A DNA stretch of 64,000 bases from Auanema rhodensis (GCA_964057225.1 OZ059900.1:3968001-4032000); one strand, 5' to 3'. Shown: positions 30,001 through 46,069, counted from the stretch's first letter. Numbers and translations are program-made. Notes: generated from the sequence alone by a model not told the origin.

Positions 30001-33000
30001 TTTAGCCAAATTGGACTCAAAACTCGGAAATTTCAAAAATTCTTTCTATTTTCGACCTTTTTTGATCAAAATGAATAAATATCAGTGCAGACTCATGAAA
30101 ATAGACTGATTTTGTGTATTGTGTGTTTGATTCTCAAATCGTAACAAATATGATCAAAATTTACGAGTATCACAGAATTTGTACCAAAAATCGGTGAGTA
30201 TATGGTGTTAAAGGCAAAAAACGACCATACTTAGTGTAGTAATGCTATTTGAGCGAAATTCAGTTATTTAAACATCATTAGTGTTTAATTAATGACTTTT
30301 GTTGTTATAGACAATAAAACTATGCTTTTGATCGTATATATGAGCGATTTATACAAATTGGACTCAAAACTCGGAAAATTCAAAAATTCTGTCTATTTTC
30401 GACCTTTTTTGATCAAAATGAATAAATATTAGTGCAAACTCATAAAAATAGACTGATTTTGTGTATTGTGTGTTTGATTCTCAAATCGTAACAAATATGA
30501 TCAAAATTTACGAGTATCACAGAATTTGTACCAAAAATCGGTGAGTATATGGTGTTAAAGGCAAAAAACGACCATACTTAGTGTAGTAATGCTATTTGAG
30601 CGAAATTCAGTGATTTAAACATCATTAGTGTTTAATCAGTGACTTTTGTTGTCATAGAAAATAAAACTATGCTTTTGATCATATATATGAGCGATTTAGC
30701 CAAATTGGACTCAAAACTCGGAAAATTCAAAAATTCTTTCTATTTTCGACCTTTTTTGATCAAAATGAATAAATATCAGTGCAAACTCGTAAAAATAGAC
30801 TGATTTTGTGTATTGTATGTTTGATTCTCGAATCTTAACAAATATGATCACATTTTACGAGTATTACAGGTTTTGTACCAAAAATCGGTGAGTATATGGT
30901 GTTAATGGCATAAAAACGACCATACTTAGTGTAGGAATGCATTTTGAGCGAAATTCAGTGATTTAAACATCATTTGTGTTTAATTAATGACTTTTGTTGT
31001 CATAGACAATGAAACTATGCTTTTGATCATATATATGAGCGATTTAGCCAAATTGGACTCAAAACTCGGAAATTTAAAAAATTCTTTCTATTTTCGACCT
31101 TTTTTGATCAAAATGAATAAATATTAGTGCAAACTCATAAAAATAGACTGATTTTGTGTATTGTATGTTTGATTCTCGAATCTTAACAAATATGATCAAA
31201 ATTTACGAGTATCACAGAATTTGTACCAAAAATCGGTGAGTATATGGTGTTAAAGGCATAAAAATGACCATACTTAGTGTAGGAATGCAATTTGAGCGAA
31301 ATTCAGTGATTTAAACATCATTAGTGTTTAAGTAATGACTTTTGTTGTTATAGACGATGAAACTATGATTTTGATCATATATATGAGCGATTTAGCCAAA
31401 TTGGACTCAAAACTCGGAAAATTCAAAAATTCTGTCTATTTTCGACCTTTTTTGATCAAAATGAATAAATATTAGTGCAAACTCATAAAAATAGACTGAT
31501 TTTGTGTATTGTGTGTTTGATTCTCAAATCGTAACAAATATGATCAAAATTTACGAGTATCACAGAATTTGTACCAAAAATCGGTGAGTATATGGTGTTA
31601 AAGGTAAAAAACGACCATACTTAGTGTAGTAATGCTATTTGAGCGAAATTCAGTGATTTAAACATCATTAGTGTTTAATCAGTGACTTTTGTTGTCATAG
31701 AAAATAAAACTATGCTTTTGATCATAGATATGAGCGATTTAGCCAAATTGGACTCAAAACTCGGAAAATTCAAAAATTCTTTCTATTTTCGACCTTTTTT
31801 GATCAAAATGAATAAATATCAGTGCAAACTTGTAAAAATAGACTTATTTCGTGTATTATGTGTTTGATTCTCGAATCTTAGCAAATATGATCAAAATTTA
31901 CAAGTATTACAGATTTTGTACCAAAAATCGGTGAGTATATGGTGTTAGAGGCATAAAAACGACCATACTTAGTGTAGTAATGCTATTAGAGTGAAATTCA
32001 GTGATTTAAACATTATTAGTGTTCAATTAATGACTTTTGTTGTCATAGACAATAAAACTATGCTTTTGATCATATATATGAGCGATTTAGCCAAATTGGA
32101 CTCAAAACTCGAAAAATTCAAAAATTCTTTCTATTTTCGACCTTTTTTGATCAAAATGAATAAATATCAGTGCAAACTCATAAAAAAAGACTGATTTTGT
32201 GTATTGTGTGTTTGATTCTCAAATCGTAACAAATTTGATCAAAATTTACGAGTATCACAGAATTTGTTCCAAAAATCGGTGAGTATATGGTGTTAGAGGC
32301 ATAAAAACGACCATACTTAGTGTAGTAATGCTATTAGAGTGAAATTCAGTGATTTAAACATTATTAGTGTATATTTGGAGACTTTCGTTATCACAGACAA
32401 TAAAACTATGCTTTTGATCATAGATATGAGCGATTTAGCCAAATTGGACTCAAAACTCGGAAAATTCAAAAATTCTTTCTATTTTCGACCTTTTTTGATC
32501 AAAATGAATAAATATCAGTGCAAACTTGTAAAAATAGACTTATTTCGTGTATTATGTGTTTGATTCTCGAATCTTAGCAAATATGATCAAAATTTACAAG
32601 TATTACAGATTTTGTACCAAAAATCGGTGAGTATATGGTGTTAGAGGCATAAAAACGACCATACTTAGTGTAGTAATGCTATTAGAGTGAAATTCAGTGA
32701 TTTAAACATTATTAGTGTTTTCTTAATGACTTTTGTTGTCATAGACAATGAAACTATGCTTTTGATCATATATATGAGCGATTTAGCCAAATTGGACTCA
32801 AAACTCGGAAAATTCAAAAATTCTTTCTATTTTCGACCTTTTTTGATCAAAATGAATAAATATTAGTGCAAACTCATAAAAATAGACTGATTTTGTGTAT
32901 TGTGTGTTTGATTCTCAAATCGTAACAAATATGATCAAAATTTAAGAGTATCACAGAATTTGTACCAAAAATCGGTGAGTATATGGTGTTAGAGGCATAA

Positions 33001-36000
33001 AAACGACCATACTTAGTGTAGTAATGCTATTTGAGCGAAATTCAGTGATTTAAACATCATTGTGTATTGTGTGTTTGATTCTCAAATCGTAACAAATATG
33101 ATCAAAATTTACGAGTATCACAGAATTTGTACCAAAAATCGGTGAGTATATGGTGTTAAAGGTAAAAAACGACCATACTTAGTGTAGTAATGCTATTTAA
33201 GCCAAATTCAGTGATTTAAACATCATTAATGTTTAATTAATGACTTTTGTTGTCATAGACAATAAAACTATGCTTTTGATCATATATATGAGCGATTTAG
33301 CCAAATTGGACTCAAAACTCGGAAATTTCAAAAATTCTTTCTATTTTCGACCTTTTTTGATCAAAATGAATAAATATTAGTGCAAACTCATAAAAATAGA
33401 CTGATTTTGTGTATTGTGTGTTTGATTCTCAAATCGTAACAAATATGATCAAAATTTACGAGTATCACAGAATTTGTACCAAAAATCGGTGAGTATATGG
33501 TGTTAAAGGTAAAAAACGACCATACTTAGTGTAGTAATGCTATTTGAGCGAAATTCAGTGATTTAAACATCATTAGTGTTTAATCAGTGACTTTTGTTGT
33601 CATAGAAAATAAAACTATGCTTTTGATCATAGATATGAGCGATTTAGCCAAATTGGACTCAAAACTCGGAAAATTCAAAAATTCTTTCTATTTTCGACCT
33701 TTTTTGATCAAAATGAATAAATATCAGTGCAAACTTGTAAAAATAGACTTATTTCGTGTATTATGTGTTTGATTCTCGAATCTTAGCAAATATGATCAAA
33801 ATTTACAAGTATTACAGATTTTGTACCAAAAATCGGTGAGTATATGGTGTTAGAGGCATAAAAACGACCATACTTAGTGTAGTAATGCTATTAGAGTGAA
33901 ATTCAGTGATTTAAACATTATTAGTGTTCAATTAATGACTTTTGTTGTCATAGACAATAAAACTATGCTTTTGATCATATATATGAGCGATTTAGCCAAA
34001 TTGGACTCAAAACTCGAAAAATTCAAAAATTCTTTCTATTTTCGACCTTTTTTGATCAAAATGAATAAATATCAGTGCAAACTCATAAAAAAAGACTGAT
34101 TTTGTGTATTGTGTGTTTGATTCTCAAATCGTAACAAATTTGATCAAAATTTACGAGTATCACAGAATTTGTTCCAAAAATCGGTGAGTATATGGTGTTA
34201 GAGGCATAAAAACGACCATACTTAGTGTAGTAATGCTATTAGAGTGAAATTCAGTGATTTAAACATTATTAGTGTATATTTGGAGACTTTCGTTATCACA
34301 GACAATAAAACTATGCTTTTGATCATAGATATGAGCGATTTAGCCAAATTGGACTCAAAACTCGGAAAATTCAAAAATTCTTTCTATTTTCGACCTTTTT
34401 TGATCAAAATGAATAAATATCAGTGCAAACTTGTAAAAATAGACTTATTTCGTGTATTATGTGTTTGATTCTCGAATCTTAGCAAATATGATCAAAATTT
34501 ACAAGTATTACAGATTTTGTACCAAAAATCGGTGAGTATATGGTGTTAGAGGCATAAAAACGACCATACTTAGTGTAGTAATGCTATTAGAGTGAAATTC
34601 AGTGATTTAAACATTATTAGTGTTCAATTAATGACTTTTGTTGTCATAGACAATAAAACTATGCTTTTGATCATATATATGAGCGATTTAGCCAAATTGG
34701 ACTCAAAACTCGGAAAATTCAAAAATTCTTTCTATTTTCGACCTTTTTTGATCAAAATGAATAAATATCAGTGCAAACTCATAAAAATAGACTGATTTTG
34801 TGTATTGTGTGTTTGATTCTCAAATCGTAACAAATATGATCAAAATTTACGAGTATTACAGATTTTGTACCAAAAATCGGTGAGTATATGGTGTTAGAGG
34901 CATAAAAACGACCATACTTAGTGTAGTAATGCTATTTGAGCGAAATTCAGTGATTTAAACATCATTAGTGTTCAATTAATGACTTTTGTTGTCATAGACA
35001 ATAAAACTATGCTTCTGATCATATATATGAGCGATTTATCCAAATTAGACTCAAAACTCGGAAATTTCAAAAATTCTTTCTATTTTCGACCTTTTTTGAT
35101 CAAAATGAATAAATATCAGTGCAAACTCATAAAAATAGACTGATTTTGTGTATTGTATGTTTGATTCTCGAATTTTAACAAATATGATCAAAATTTACGA
35201 GTATCACAGATTTTGTACCAAAAATCGGTGAATCTATGGTGTTAAAGGTATAAAAACGACCATACTTAGTGTAGTAATAATGCTATTTAAGCGAAATTCA
35301 GTGATTTAAACATCATTAATGTTTAATTAATGACTTTTGTTGTCATAGACAATAAAACTATGCTTTTGATCATATATATGAGCGATTTAGCCAAATTGGA
35401 CTCAAAACTCGGAAATTTCAAAAATTCTTTCTATTTTCGACCTTTTTTGATCAAAATGAATAAATATCAGTGCAGACTCATGAAAATAGACTGATTTTGT
35501 GTATTGTGTGTTTGATTCTCAAATCGTAACAAATATGATCAAAATTTACGAGTATCACAGAATTTGTACCAAAAATCGGTGAGTATATGGTGTTAAAGGC
35601 GAAAAACGACCATACTTAGTGTAGTAATGCTATTTGAGCGAAATTCAGTGATTTAAACATTATTAGTGTTTAATTAATGACTTTTGTTGTTATAGACAAT
35701 AAAACTATGCTTTTGATCATATATATGAGCGATTTATACAAATTGGACTCAAAACTCGGAAAATTCAAAAATTCTGTCTATTATCGACCTTTTTTGATCA
35801 AAATGAATAAATATTAGTGCAAACTCATGAAAATAGACTGATTTTGTGTATTGTATGTTTGATTCTCGAATCTTAACAAATATGATCAAAATTTACGAGT
35901 ATCACAGAATTTGTACCAAAAATCGGTGAGTATATGGTGTTAAAGGCATAAAAATGACCATACTTAGTGTAGGAATGCATTTTGAGCGAAATTCAGTGAT

Positions 36001-39000
36001 TTAAACATCATTAGTGTTTAATTAATGATTTTTGTTGTTATAGACAATAAAACTATGCTTTTGATCATATATATGAGCGATTTAGCCAAATTGGACTCAA
36101 AACTCGGAAAATTCAAAAATTCTGTCTATTTTCGACCTTTTTTGATCAAAATGAATAAATATTAGTGCAAACTCATAAAAATAGACTGATTTTGTGTATT
36201 GTGTGTTTGATTCTCAAATCGTAACAAATATGATCAAAATTTACGAGTATCACAGAATTTGTACCAAAAATCGGTGAGTATATGGTGTTAAAGGCGAAAA
36301 ACGACCATACTTAGTGTAGTAATGCTATTTGAGCGAAATTCAGTGATTTAAACATTATTAGTGTTTAATTAATGACTTTTGTTGTTATAGACAATAAAAC
36401 TATGCTTTTGATCATATATATGAGCGATTTATACAAATTGGACTCAAAACTCGGAAAATTCAAAAATTCTGTCTATTATCGACCTTTTTTGATCAAAATG
36501 AATAAATATTAGTGCAAACTCATGAAAATAGACTGATTTTGTGTATTGTATGTTTGATTCTCGAATCTTAACAAATATGATCAAAATTTACGAGTATCAC
36601 AGAATTTGTACCAAAAATCGGTGAGTATATGGTGTTAAAGGCATAAAAATGACCATACTTAGTGTAGGAATGCATTTTGAGCGAAATTCAGTGATTTAAA
36701 CATCATTAGTGTTTAATTAATGACTTTTGTTGTTATAGACAATAAAACTATGCTTTTGATCATATATATGAGCGATTTAGCCAAATTGGACTCAAAACTC
36801 GGAAAATTCAAAAATTCTGTCTATTTTCGACCTTTTTTGATCAAAATGAATAAATATTAGTGCAAACTCATAACAATAGACTGATTTTGTGTATTGTGTG
36901 TTTGATTCTCAAATCGTAACAAATATGATCAAAATTTACGAGTATCACAGAATTTGTACCAAAAATCGGTGAGTATATGGTGTTAAACGCAAAAAACGAC
37001 CATACTTAGTTTAGTAATGCTATTTGAGCGAAATTCAGTGATTTAAACATCATTAGTGTTTAATCAGTGACTTTTGTTGTCATAGAAAATAAAACTATGC
37101 TTTTGATCATATATATGAGCGATTTAGCCAAATTGGACTCAAAACTCGGAAAATTCAAAAATTCTTTCTATTTTCGACCTTTTTTGATCAAAATGAATAA
37201 ATATCAGTGCAAACTCGTAAAAATAGACTGATTTTGTGTATTGTATGTTTGATTCTCGAATCTTAACAAATATGATCAAATTTTACGAGTATTACAGAAT
37301 TTGTACCAAAAATCGGTGAGTATATGGTGTTAATGGCATAAAAACGACCATACTTAGTATAGGAATGCATTTTGAGCGAAATTCAGTGATTTAAACATCA
37401 TTAGTGTTTAATTAATGACTTTTGTTGTCATAGACAATGAAACTATGCTTTTGATCATATATATGAGCGATTTAGCCAAATTGGACTCAAAACTCGGAAA
37501 TTTAAAAAATTCTTTCTATTTTCGACCTTTTTTGATCAAAATGAATAAATATCAGTGCAAACTCATAAAAATAGACTGATTTTGTGTATTGTGTGTTTGA
37601 TTCTCAAATCTTAACAAATATGATCAAAATTTACGAGTATCACAGATTTTGTACCAAAAATCGGTGAGTATATGGTGTTAAAGGCAAAAAACGACCATAC
37701 TTAGTGTAGTAATGCTATTTGAGCGAAATTCAGTTATTTAAACATCATTAGTGTTTAATTAATGACTTTTGTTGTTATAGACAATAAAACTATGCTTTTG
37801 ATCGTATATATGAGCGATTTATACAAATTGGACTCAAAACTCGGAAAATTCAAAAATTCTGTCTATTTTCGACCTTTTTTGATCAAAATGAATAAATATT
37901 AGTGCAAACTCATGAAAATAGACTGATTTTGTGTATTGTATGTTTGATTCTCGAATCTTAACAAATATGATCAAAATTTACGAGTATCACAGAATTTGTA
38001 CCAAAAATCGGTGAGTATATGGTGTTAAAGGCATAAAAATGACCATACTTAGTGTAGGAATGCTATTTGAGCGAAATTCAGTGATTTAAACATTATTAGT
38101 GTTTAATTAATGACTTTTGTTGTTATAGACAATAAAACTATGCTTTTGATCATATATATGAGCGATTTATACAAATTGGACTCAAAACTCGGAAAATTCA
38201 AAAATTCTGTCTATTATCGACCTTTTTTGATCAAAATGAATAAATATTAGTGCAAACTCATGAAAATAGACTGATTTTGTGTATTGTATGTTTGATTCTC
38301 GAATCTTAACAAATATGATCAAAATTTACGAGTATCACAGAATTTGTACCAAAAATCGGTGAGTATATGGTGTTAAAGGCATAAAAATGACCATACTTAG
38401 TGTAGGAATGCATTTTGAGCGAAATTCAGTGATTTAAACATCATTAGTGTTTAATTAATGATTTTTGTTGTTATAGACAATAAAACTATGCTTTTGATCA
38501 TATATATGAGCGATTTAGCCAAATTGGACTCAAAACTCGGAAAATTCAAAAATTCTGTCTATTTTCGACCTTTTTTGATCAAAATGAATAAATATTAGTG
38601 CAAACTCATAAAAATAGACTGATTTTGTGTATTGTGTGTTTGATTCTCAAATCGTAACAAATATGATCAAAATTTACGAGTATCACAGAATTTGTACCAA
38701 AAATCGGTGAGTATATGGTGTTAAAGGCGAAAAACGACCATACTTAGTGTAGTAATGCTATTTGAGCGAAATTCAGTGATTTAAACATTATTAGTGTTTA
38801 ATTAATGACTTTTGTTGTTATAGACAATAAAACTATGCTTTTGATCATATATATGAGCGATTTATACAAATTGGACTCAAAACTCGGAAAATTCAAAAAT
38901 TCTGTCTATTATCGACCTTTTTTGATCAAAATGAATAAATATTAGTGCAAACTCATGAAAATAGACTGATTTTGTGTATTGTATGTTTGATTCTCGAATC

Positions 39001-42000
39001 TTAACAAATATGATCAAAATTTACGAGTATCACAGAATTTGTACCAAAAATCGGTGAGTATATGGTGTTAAAGGCATAAAAATGACCATACTTAGTGTAG
39101 GAATGCATTTTGAGCGAAATTCAGTGATTTAAACATCATTAGTGTTTAATTAATGACTTTTGTTGTTATAGACAATAAAACTATGCTTTTGATCATATAT
39201 ATGAGCGATTTAGCCAAATTGGACTCAAAACTCGGAAAATTCAAAAATTCTGTCTATTTTCGACCTTTTTTGATCAAAATGAATAAATATTAGTGCAAAC
39301 TCATAACAATAGACTGATTTTGTGTATTGTGTGTTTGATTCTCAAATCGTAACAAATATGATCAAAATTTACGAGTATCACAGAATTTGTACCAAAAATC
39401 GGTGAGTATATGGTGTTAAACGCAAAAAACGACCATACTTAGTTTAGTAATGCTATTTGAGCGAAATTCAGTGATTTAAACATCATTAGTGTTTAATCAG
39501 TGACTTTTGTTGTCATAGAAAATAAAACTATGCTTTTGATCATATATATGAGCGATTTAGCCAAATTGGACTCAAAACTCGGAAAATTCAAAAATTCTTT
39601 CTATTTTCGACCTTTTTTGATCAAAATGAATAAATATCAGTGCAAACTCGTAAAAATAGACTGATTTTGTGTATTGTATGTTTGATTCTCGAATCTTAAC
39701 AAATATGATCAAATTTTACGAGTATTACAGAATTTGTACCAAAAATCGGTGAGTATATGGTGTTAATGGCATAAAAACGACCATACTTAGTATAGGAATG
39801 CATTTTGAGCGAAATTCAGTGATTTAAACATCATTAGTGTTTAATTAATGACTTTTGTTGTCATAGACAATGAAACTATGCTTTTGATCATATATATGAG
39901 CGATTTAGCCAAATTGGACTCAAAACTCGGAAATTTAAAAAATTCTTTCTATTTTCGACCTTTTTTGATCAAAATGAATAAATATCAGTGCAAACTCATA
40001 AAAATAGACTGATTTTGTGTATTGTGTGTTTGATTCTCAAATCTTAACAAATATGATCAAAATTTACGAGTATCACAGATTTTGTACCAAAAATCGGTGA
40101 GTATATGGTGTTAAAGGCAAAAAACGACCATACTTAGTGTAGTAATGCTATTTGAGCGAAATTCAGTTATTTAAACATCATTAGTGTTTAATTAATGACT
40201 TTTGTTGTTATAGACAATAAAACTATGCTTTTGATCGTATATATGAGCGATTTATACAAATTGGACTCAAAACTCGGAAAATTCAAAAATTCTGTCTATT
40301 TTCGACCTTTTTTGATCAAAATGAATAAATATTAGTGCAAACTCATAAAAATAGACTGATTTTGTGTATTGTGTGTTTGATTCTCAAATCGTAACAAATA
40401 TGATCAAAATTTACGAGTATCACAGAATTTGTACCAAAAATCGGTGAGTATATGGTGTTAAAGGCAAAAAACGACCATACTTAGTGTAGTAATGCTATTT
40501 GAGCGAAATTCAGTGATTTAAACATCATTAGTGTTTAATCAGTGACTTTTGTTGTCATAGAAAATAAAACTATGCTTTTGATCATATATATGAGCGATTT
40601 ATACAAATTGGACTCAAAACTCGAAAAATTCAAAAATTCTTTCTATTTTCGACCTTTTTTGATCAAAATGAATAAATATCAGTGCAGACTCATGAAAATA
40701 GACTGATTTTGTGTATTGTGTGTTTGATTCTCAAATCGTAACAAATATGATCAAAATTTACGAGTATCACAGGATTGTACCAAAAATCGGTGAGTATATG
40801 GTGTTAAAGGCAAAAAACGACCATACTTAGTGTAGTAATGCTATTAGAGTGAAATTCAGTGATTTAAACATTATTAGTGTTTTCTTAATGACTTTTGTTG
40901 TCATAGACAATAAAACTATGCTTTTGATCATATATATGAGCGATTTAGCCAAATTGGACTCAAAACTCGGAAAATTCAAAAATTCTTTCTATTTTCGACC
41001 TTTTTTGATCAAAATGAATAAATATCAGTGCAAACTCATAAAAATAGACTGATTTTGTGTATTGTGTGTTTGATTCTCAAATCGTAACAAATATGATCAA
41101 AATTTACGAGTATTACAGATTTTGTACCAAAAATCGGTGAATCTATGGTGTTAAAGGTATAAAAACGACCATACTTAGTGTAGTAATGCTATTAGAGTGA
41201 AATTCAGTGATTTAAACATTATTAGTGTTTTCTTAATGACTTTTGTTGTCATAGACAATAAAACTATGCTTTTGATCATATATATGAGCGATTTAGCCAA
41301 ATTGGACTCAAAACTCGAAAAATTCAAAAATTCTTTCTATTTTCGACCTTTTTTGATCAAAATGAATAAATATCAGTGCAAACTCATAAAAATAGACTGA
41401 TTTTGTGTATTGTATGTTTGATTCTCGAATCTTAACAAATATGATCGAAATTTACGAGTATCACAGATTTTGTACCAAAAATCGGTGAATCTATGGTGTT
41501 AAAGGTATAAAAACGACCATACTTAGTGTAGTAATGCTATTTAAGCGAAATTCAGTGATTTAAACATCATTAATGTTTAATTAATGACTTTTGTTGTCAT
41601 AGACAATAAAACTATGCTTTTGATCATATATATGAGCGATTTAGCCAAATTGGACTCAAAACTCGGAAATTTCAAAAATTCTTTCTATTTTCGACCTTTT
41701 TTGATCAAAATGAATAAATATCAGTGCAGACTCATGAAAATAGACTGATTTTGTGTATTGTGTGTTTGATTCTCAAATCGTAACAAATATGATCAAAATT
41801 TACGAGTATCACAGAATTTGTACCAAAAATCGGTGAGTATATGGTGTTAAAGGCAAAAAACGAACATACTTAGTGTAGTAATGCTATTTGAGCGAAATTC
41901 AGTTATTTAAACATCATTAGTGTTTAATTAATGACTTTTGTTGTTATAGACAATAAAACTATGCTTTTGATCGTATATATGAGCGATTTATACAAATTGG

Positions 42001-45000
42001 ACTCAAAACTCGGAAATTTAAAAAATTCTTTCTATTTTCGACCTTTTTTGATCAAAATGAATAAATATCAGTGCAAACTCATAAAAATAGACTGATTTTG
42101 TGTATTGTGTGTTTGATTCTCAAATCTTAACAAATATGATCAAAATTTACGAGTATCACAGATTTTGTACCAAAAATCGGTGAGTATATGGTGTTAAAGG
42201 CAAAAAACGACCATACTTAGTGTAGTAATGCTATTTGAGCGAAATTCAGTTATTTAAACATCATTAGTGTTTAATTAATGACTTTTGTTGTTATAGACAA
42301 TAAAACTATGCTTTTGATCGTATATATGAGCGATTTATACAAATTGGACTCAAAACTCGGAAAATTCAAAAATTCTGTCTATTTTCGACCTTTTTTGATC
42401 AAAATGAATAAATATTAGTGCAAACTCATAAAAATAGACTGATTTTGTGTATTGTGTGTTTGATTCTCAAATCGTAACAAATATGATCAAAATTTACGAG
42501 TATCACAGAATTTGTACCAAAAATCGGTGAGTATATGGTGTTAAAGGCAAAAAACGACCATACTTAGTGTAGTAATGCTATTTGAGCGAAATTCAGTGAT
42601 TTAAACATCATTAGTGTTTAATCAGTGACTTTTGTTGTCATAGAAAATAAAACTATGCTTTTGATCATATATATGAGCGATTTATACAAATTGGACTCAA
42701 AACTCGAAAAATTCAAAAATTCTTTCTATTTTCGACCTTTTTTGATCAAAATGAATAAATATCAGTGCAGACTCATGAAAATAGACTGATTTTGTGTATT
42801 GTGTGTTTGATTCTCAAATCGTAACAAATATGATCAAAATTTACGAGTATCACAGGATTGTACCAAAAATCGGTGAGTATATGGTGTTAAAGGCAAAAAA
42901 CGACCATACTTAGTGTAGTAATGCTATTAGAGTGAAATTCAGTGATTTAAACATTATTAGTGTTTTCTTAATGACTTTTGTTGTCATAGACAATAAAACT
43001 ATGCTTTTGATCATATATATGAGCGATTTAGCCAAATTGGACTCAAAACTCGGAAAATTCAAAAATTCTTTCTATTTTCGACCTTTTTTGATCAAAATGA
43101 ATAAATATCAGTGCAAACTCATAAAAATAGACTGATTTTGTGTATTGTGTGTTTGATTCTCAAATCGTAACAAATATGATCAAAATTTACGAGTATTACA
43201 GATTTTGTACCAAAAATCGGTGAATCTATGGTGTTAAAGGTATAAAAACGACCATACTTAGTGTAGTAATGCTATTAGAGTGAAATTCAGTGATTTAAAC
43301 ATTATTAGTGTTTTCTTAATGACTTTTGTTGTCATAGACAATAAAACTATGCTTTTGATCATATATATGAGCGATTTAGCCAAATTGGACTCAAAACTCG
43401 AAAAATTCAAAAATTCTTTCTATTTTCGACCTTTTTTGATCAAAATGAATAAATATCAGTGCAAACTCATAAAAATAGACTGATTTTGTGTATTGTATGT
43501 TTGATTCTCGAATCTTAACAAATATGATCAAAATTTACGAGTATCACAGATTTTGTACCAAAAATCGGTGAATCTATGGTGTTAAAGGTATAAAAACGAC
43601 CATACTTAGTGTAGTAATGCTATTTAAGCGAAATTCAGTGATTTAAACATCATTAATGTTTAATTAATGACTTTTGTTGTCATAGACAATAAAACTATGC
43701 TTTTGATCATATATATGAGCGATTTAGCCAAATTGGACTCAAAACTCGGAAATTTCAAAAATTCTTTCTATTTTCGACCTTTTTTGATCAAAATGAATAA
43801 ATATCAGTGCAGACTCATGAAAATAGACTGATTTTGTGTATTGTGTGTTTGATTCTCAAATCGTAACAAATATGATCAAAATTTACGAGTATCACAGAAT
43901 TTGTACCAAAAATCGGTGAGTATATGGTGTTAAAGGCAAAAAACGAACATACTTAGTGTAGTAATGCTATTTGAGCGAAATTCAGTTATTTAAACATCAT
44001 TAGTGTTTAATTAATGACTTTTGTTGTTATAGACAATAAAACTATGCTTTTGATCGTATATATGAGCGATTTATACAAATTGGACTCAAAACTCGGAAAA
44101 TTCAAAAATTCTGTCTATTTTCGACCTTTTTTGATCAAAATGAATAAATATTAGTGCAAACTCATAAAAATAGACTGATTTTGTGTATTGTGTGTTTGAT
44201 TCTCAAATCGTAACAAATATGATCAAAATTTACGAGTATCACAGAATTTGTACCAAAAATCGGTGAGTATATGGTGTTAAAGGCAAAAAACGACCATACT
44301 TAGTGTAGTAATGCTATTTGAGCGAAATTCAGTGATTTAAACATCATTAGTGTTTAATCAGTGACTTTTGTTGTCATAGAAAATAAAACTATGCTTTTGA
44401 TCATATATATGAGCGATTTAGCCAAATTGGACTCAAAACTCGGAAAATTCAAAAATTCTTTCTATTTTCGACCTTTTTTGATCAAAATGAATAAATATCA
44501 GTGCAAACTCGTAAAAATAGACTGATTTTGTGTATTGTATGTTTGATTCTCGAATCTTAACAAATATGATCAAATTTTACGAGTATTACAGATTTTGTAC
44601 CAAAAATCGGTGAGTATATGGTGTTAATGGCATAAAAACGACCATACTTAGTGTAGGAATGCATTTTGAGCGAAATTCAGTGATTTAAACATCATTTGTG
44701 TTTAATTAATGACTTTTGTTGTCATAGACAATGAAACTATGCTTTTAATCATATATATGAGCGATTTAGCCAAATTGGACTCAAAACTCGGAAATTTAAA
44801 AAATTCTTTCTATTTTCGACCTTTTTTGATCAAAATGAATAAATATCAGTGCAAACTCATAAAAATAGACTGATTTTGTGTATTGTGTGTTTGATTCTCA
44901 AATCTTAACAAATATGATCAAAATTTACGAGTATCACAGATTTTGTACCAAAAATCGGTGAGTATATGGTGTTAATGGCATAAAAACGACCATACTTAGT

Positions 45001-46065
45001 GTAGTAATGCTATTTGAGCGAAATTCAGTGATTTAAACATCATTAGTGTTTAAGTAATGACTTTTGTTGTTATAGACGATGAAACTATGATTTTGATCAT
45101 ATATATGAGCGATTTAGCCAAATTGGACTCAAAACTCGGAAATTTCAAAAATTCTTTCTATTTTCGACCTTTTTTGATCAAAATGAATAAATATCAGTGC
45201 AGACTCATGAAAATAGACTGATTTTGTGTATTGTGTGTTTGATTCTCAAATCGTAACAAATATGATCAAATTTTACGAGTATTACAGATTTTGTACCAAA
45301 AATCGGTGAGTATATGGTGTTAATGGCATAAAAACGACCATACTTAGTGTAGGAATGCATTTTGAGCGAAATTCAGTGATTTAAACATCATTTGTGTTTA
45401 ATTAATGACTTTTGTTGTCATAGACAATGAAACTATGCTTTTGATCATATATATGAGCGATTTAGCCAAATTGGACTCAAAACTCGGAAATTTAAAAAAT
45501 TCTTTCTATTTTCGACCTTTTTTGATCAAAATGAATAAATATCAGTGCAAACTCATAAAAATAGACTGATTTTGTGTATTGTGTGTTTGATTCTCAAATC
45601 TTAACAAATATGATCAAAATTTACGAGTATCACAGATTTTGTACCAAAAATCGGTGAGTATATGGTGTTAATGGCATAAAAACGACCATACTTAGTGTAG
45701 TAATGCTATTTGAGCGAAATTCAGTGATTTAAACATCATTAGTGTTTAAGTAATGACTTTTGTTGTTATAGACGATGAAACTATGATTTTGATCATATAT
45801 ATGAGCGATTTAGCCAAATTGGACTCAAAACTCGGAAATTTCAAAAATTCTTTCTATTTTCGACCTTTTTTGATCAAAATGAATAAATATCAGTGCAGAC
45901 TCATGAAAATAGACTGATTTTGTGTATTGTGTGTTTGATTCTCAAATCGTAACAAATATGATCAAAATTTACGAGTATCACAGAATTTGTACCAAAAATC
46001 GGTGAGTATATGGTGTTAAAGGCAAAAAACGACCATACTTAGTGTAGTAATGCTATTTGAGCGAA
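1..46065. repeat. Tandem satellite DNA array, 347/348-bp AT-rich monomer, ~133 copies, head-to-tail, continuing beyond the window start
   Basis: GTGTAGTAATGCTAT...CGACCATACTTA recurs every 347-348 bp (ORF-track echoes at 20, 368, 2106, 2454...). Monomers differ by a limited shared set of variants. The array ends at ...TTTGAGCGAA (46065). Confidence 0.99.
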
Positions 46066-46069
46066 CAAC

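Noticed and set aside
20-43483. Dozens of 60-74 aa ORFs (MKFSDLNIISV...) suggesting a tandem gene family
   Set aside because: They are translations of the satellite monomer with GTG starts, are broken by stops in many monomers and show no recognisable domain.
1-46065. CRISPR-like or cassette array
   Set aside because: There are no unique spacers; entire monomers repeat, and the context is eukaryotic.
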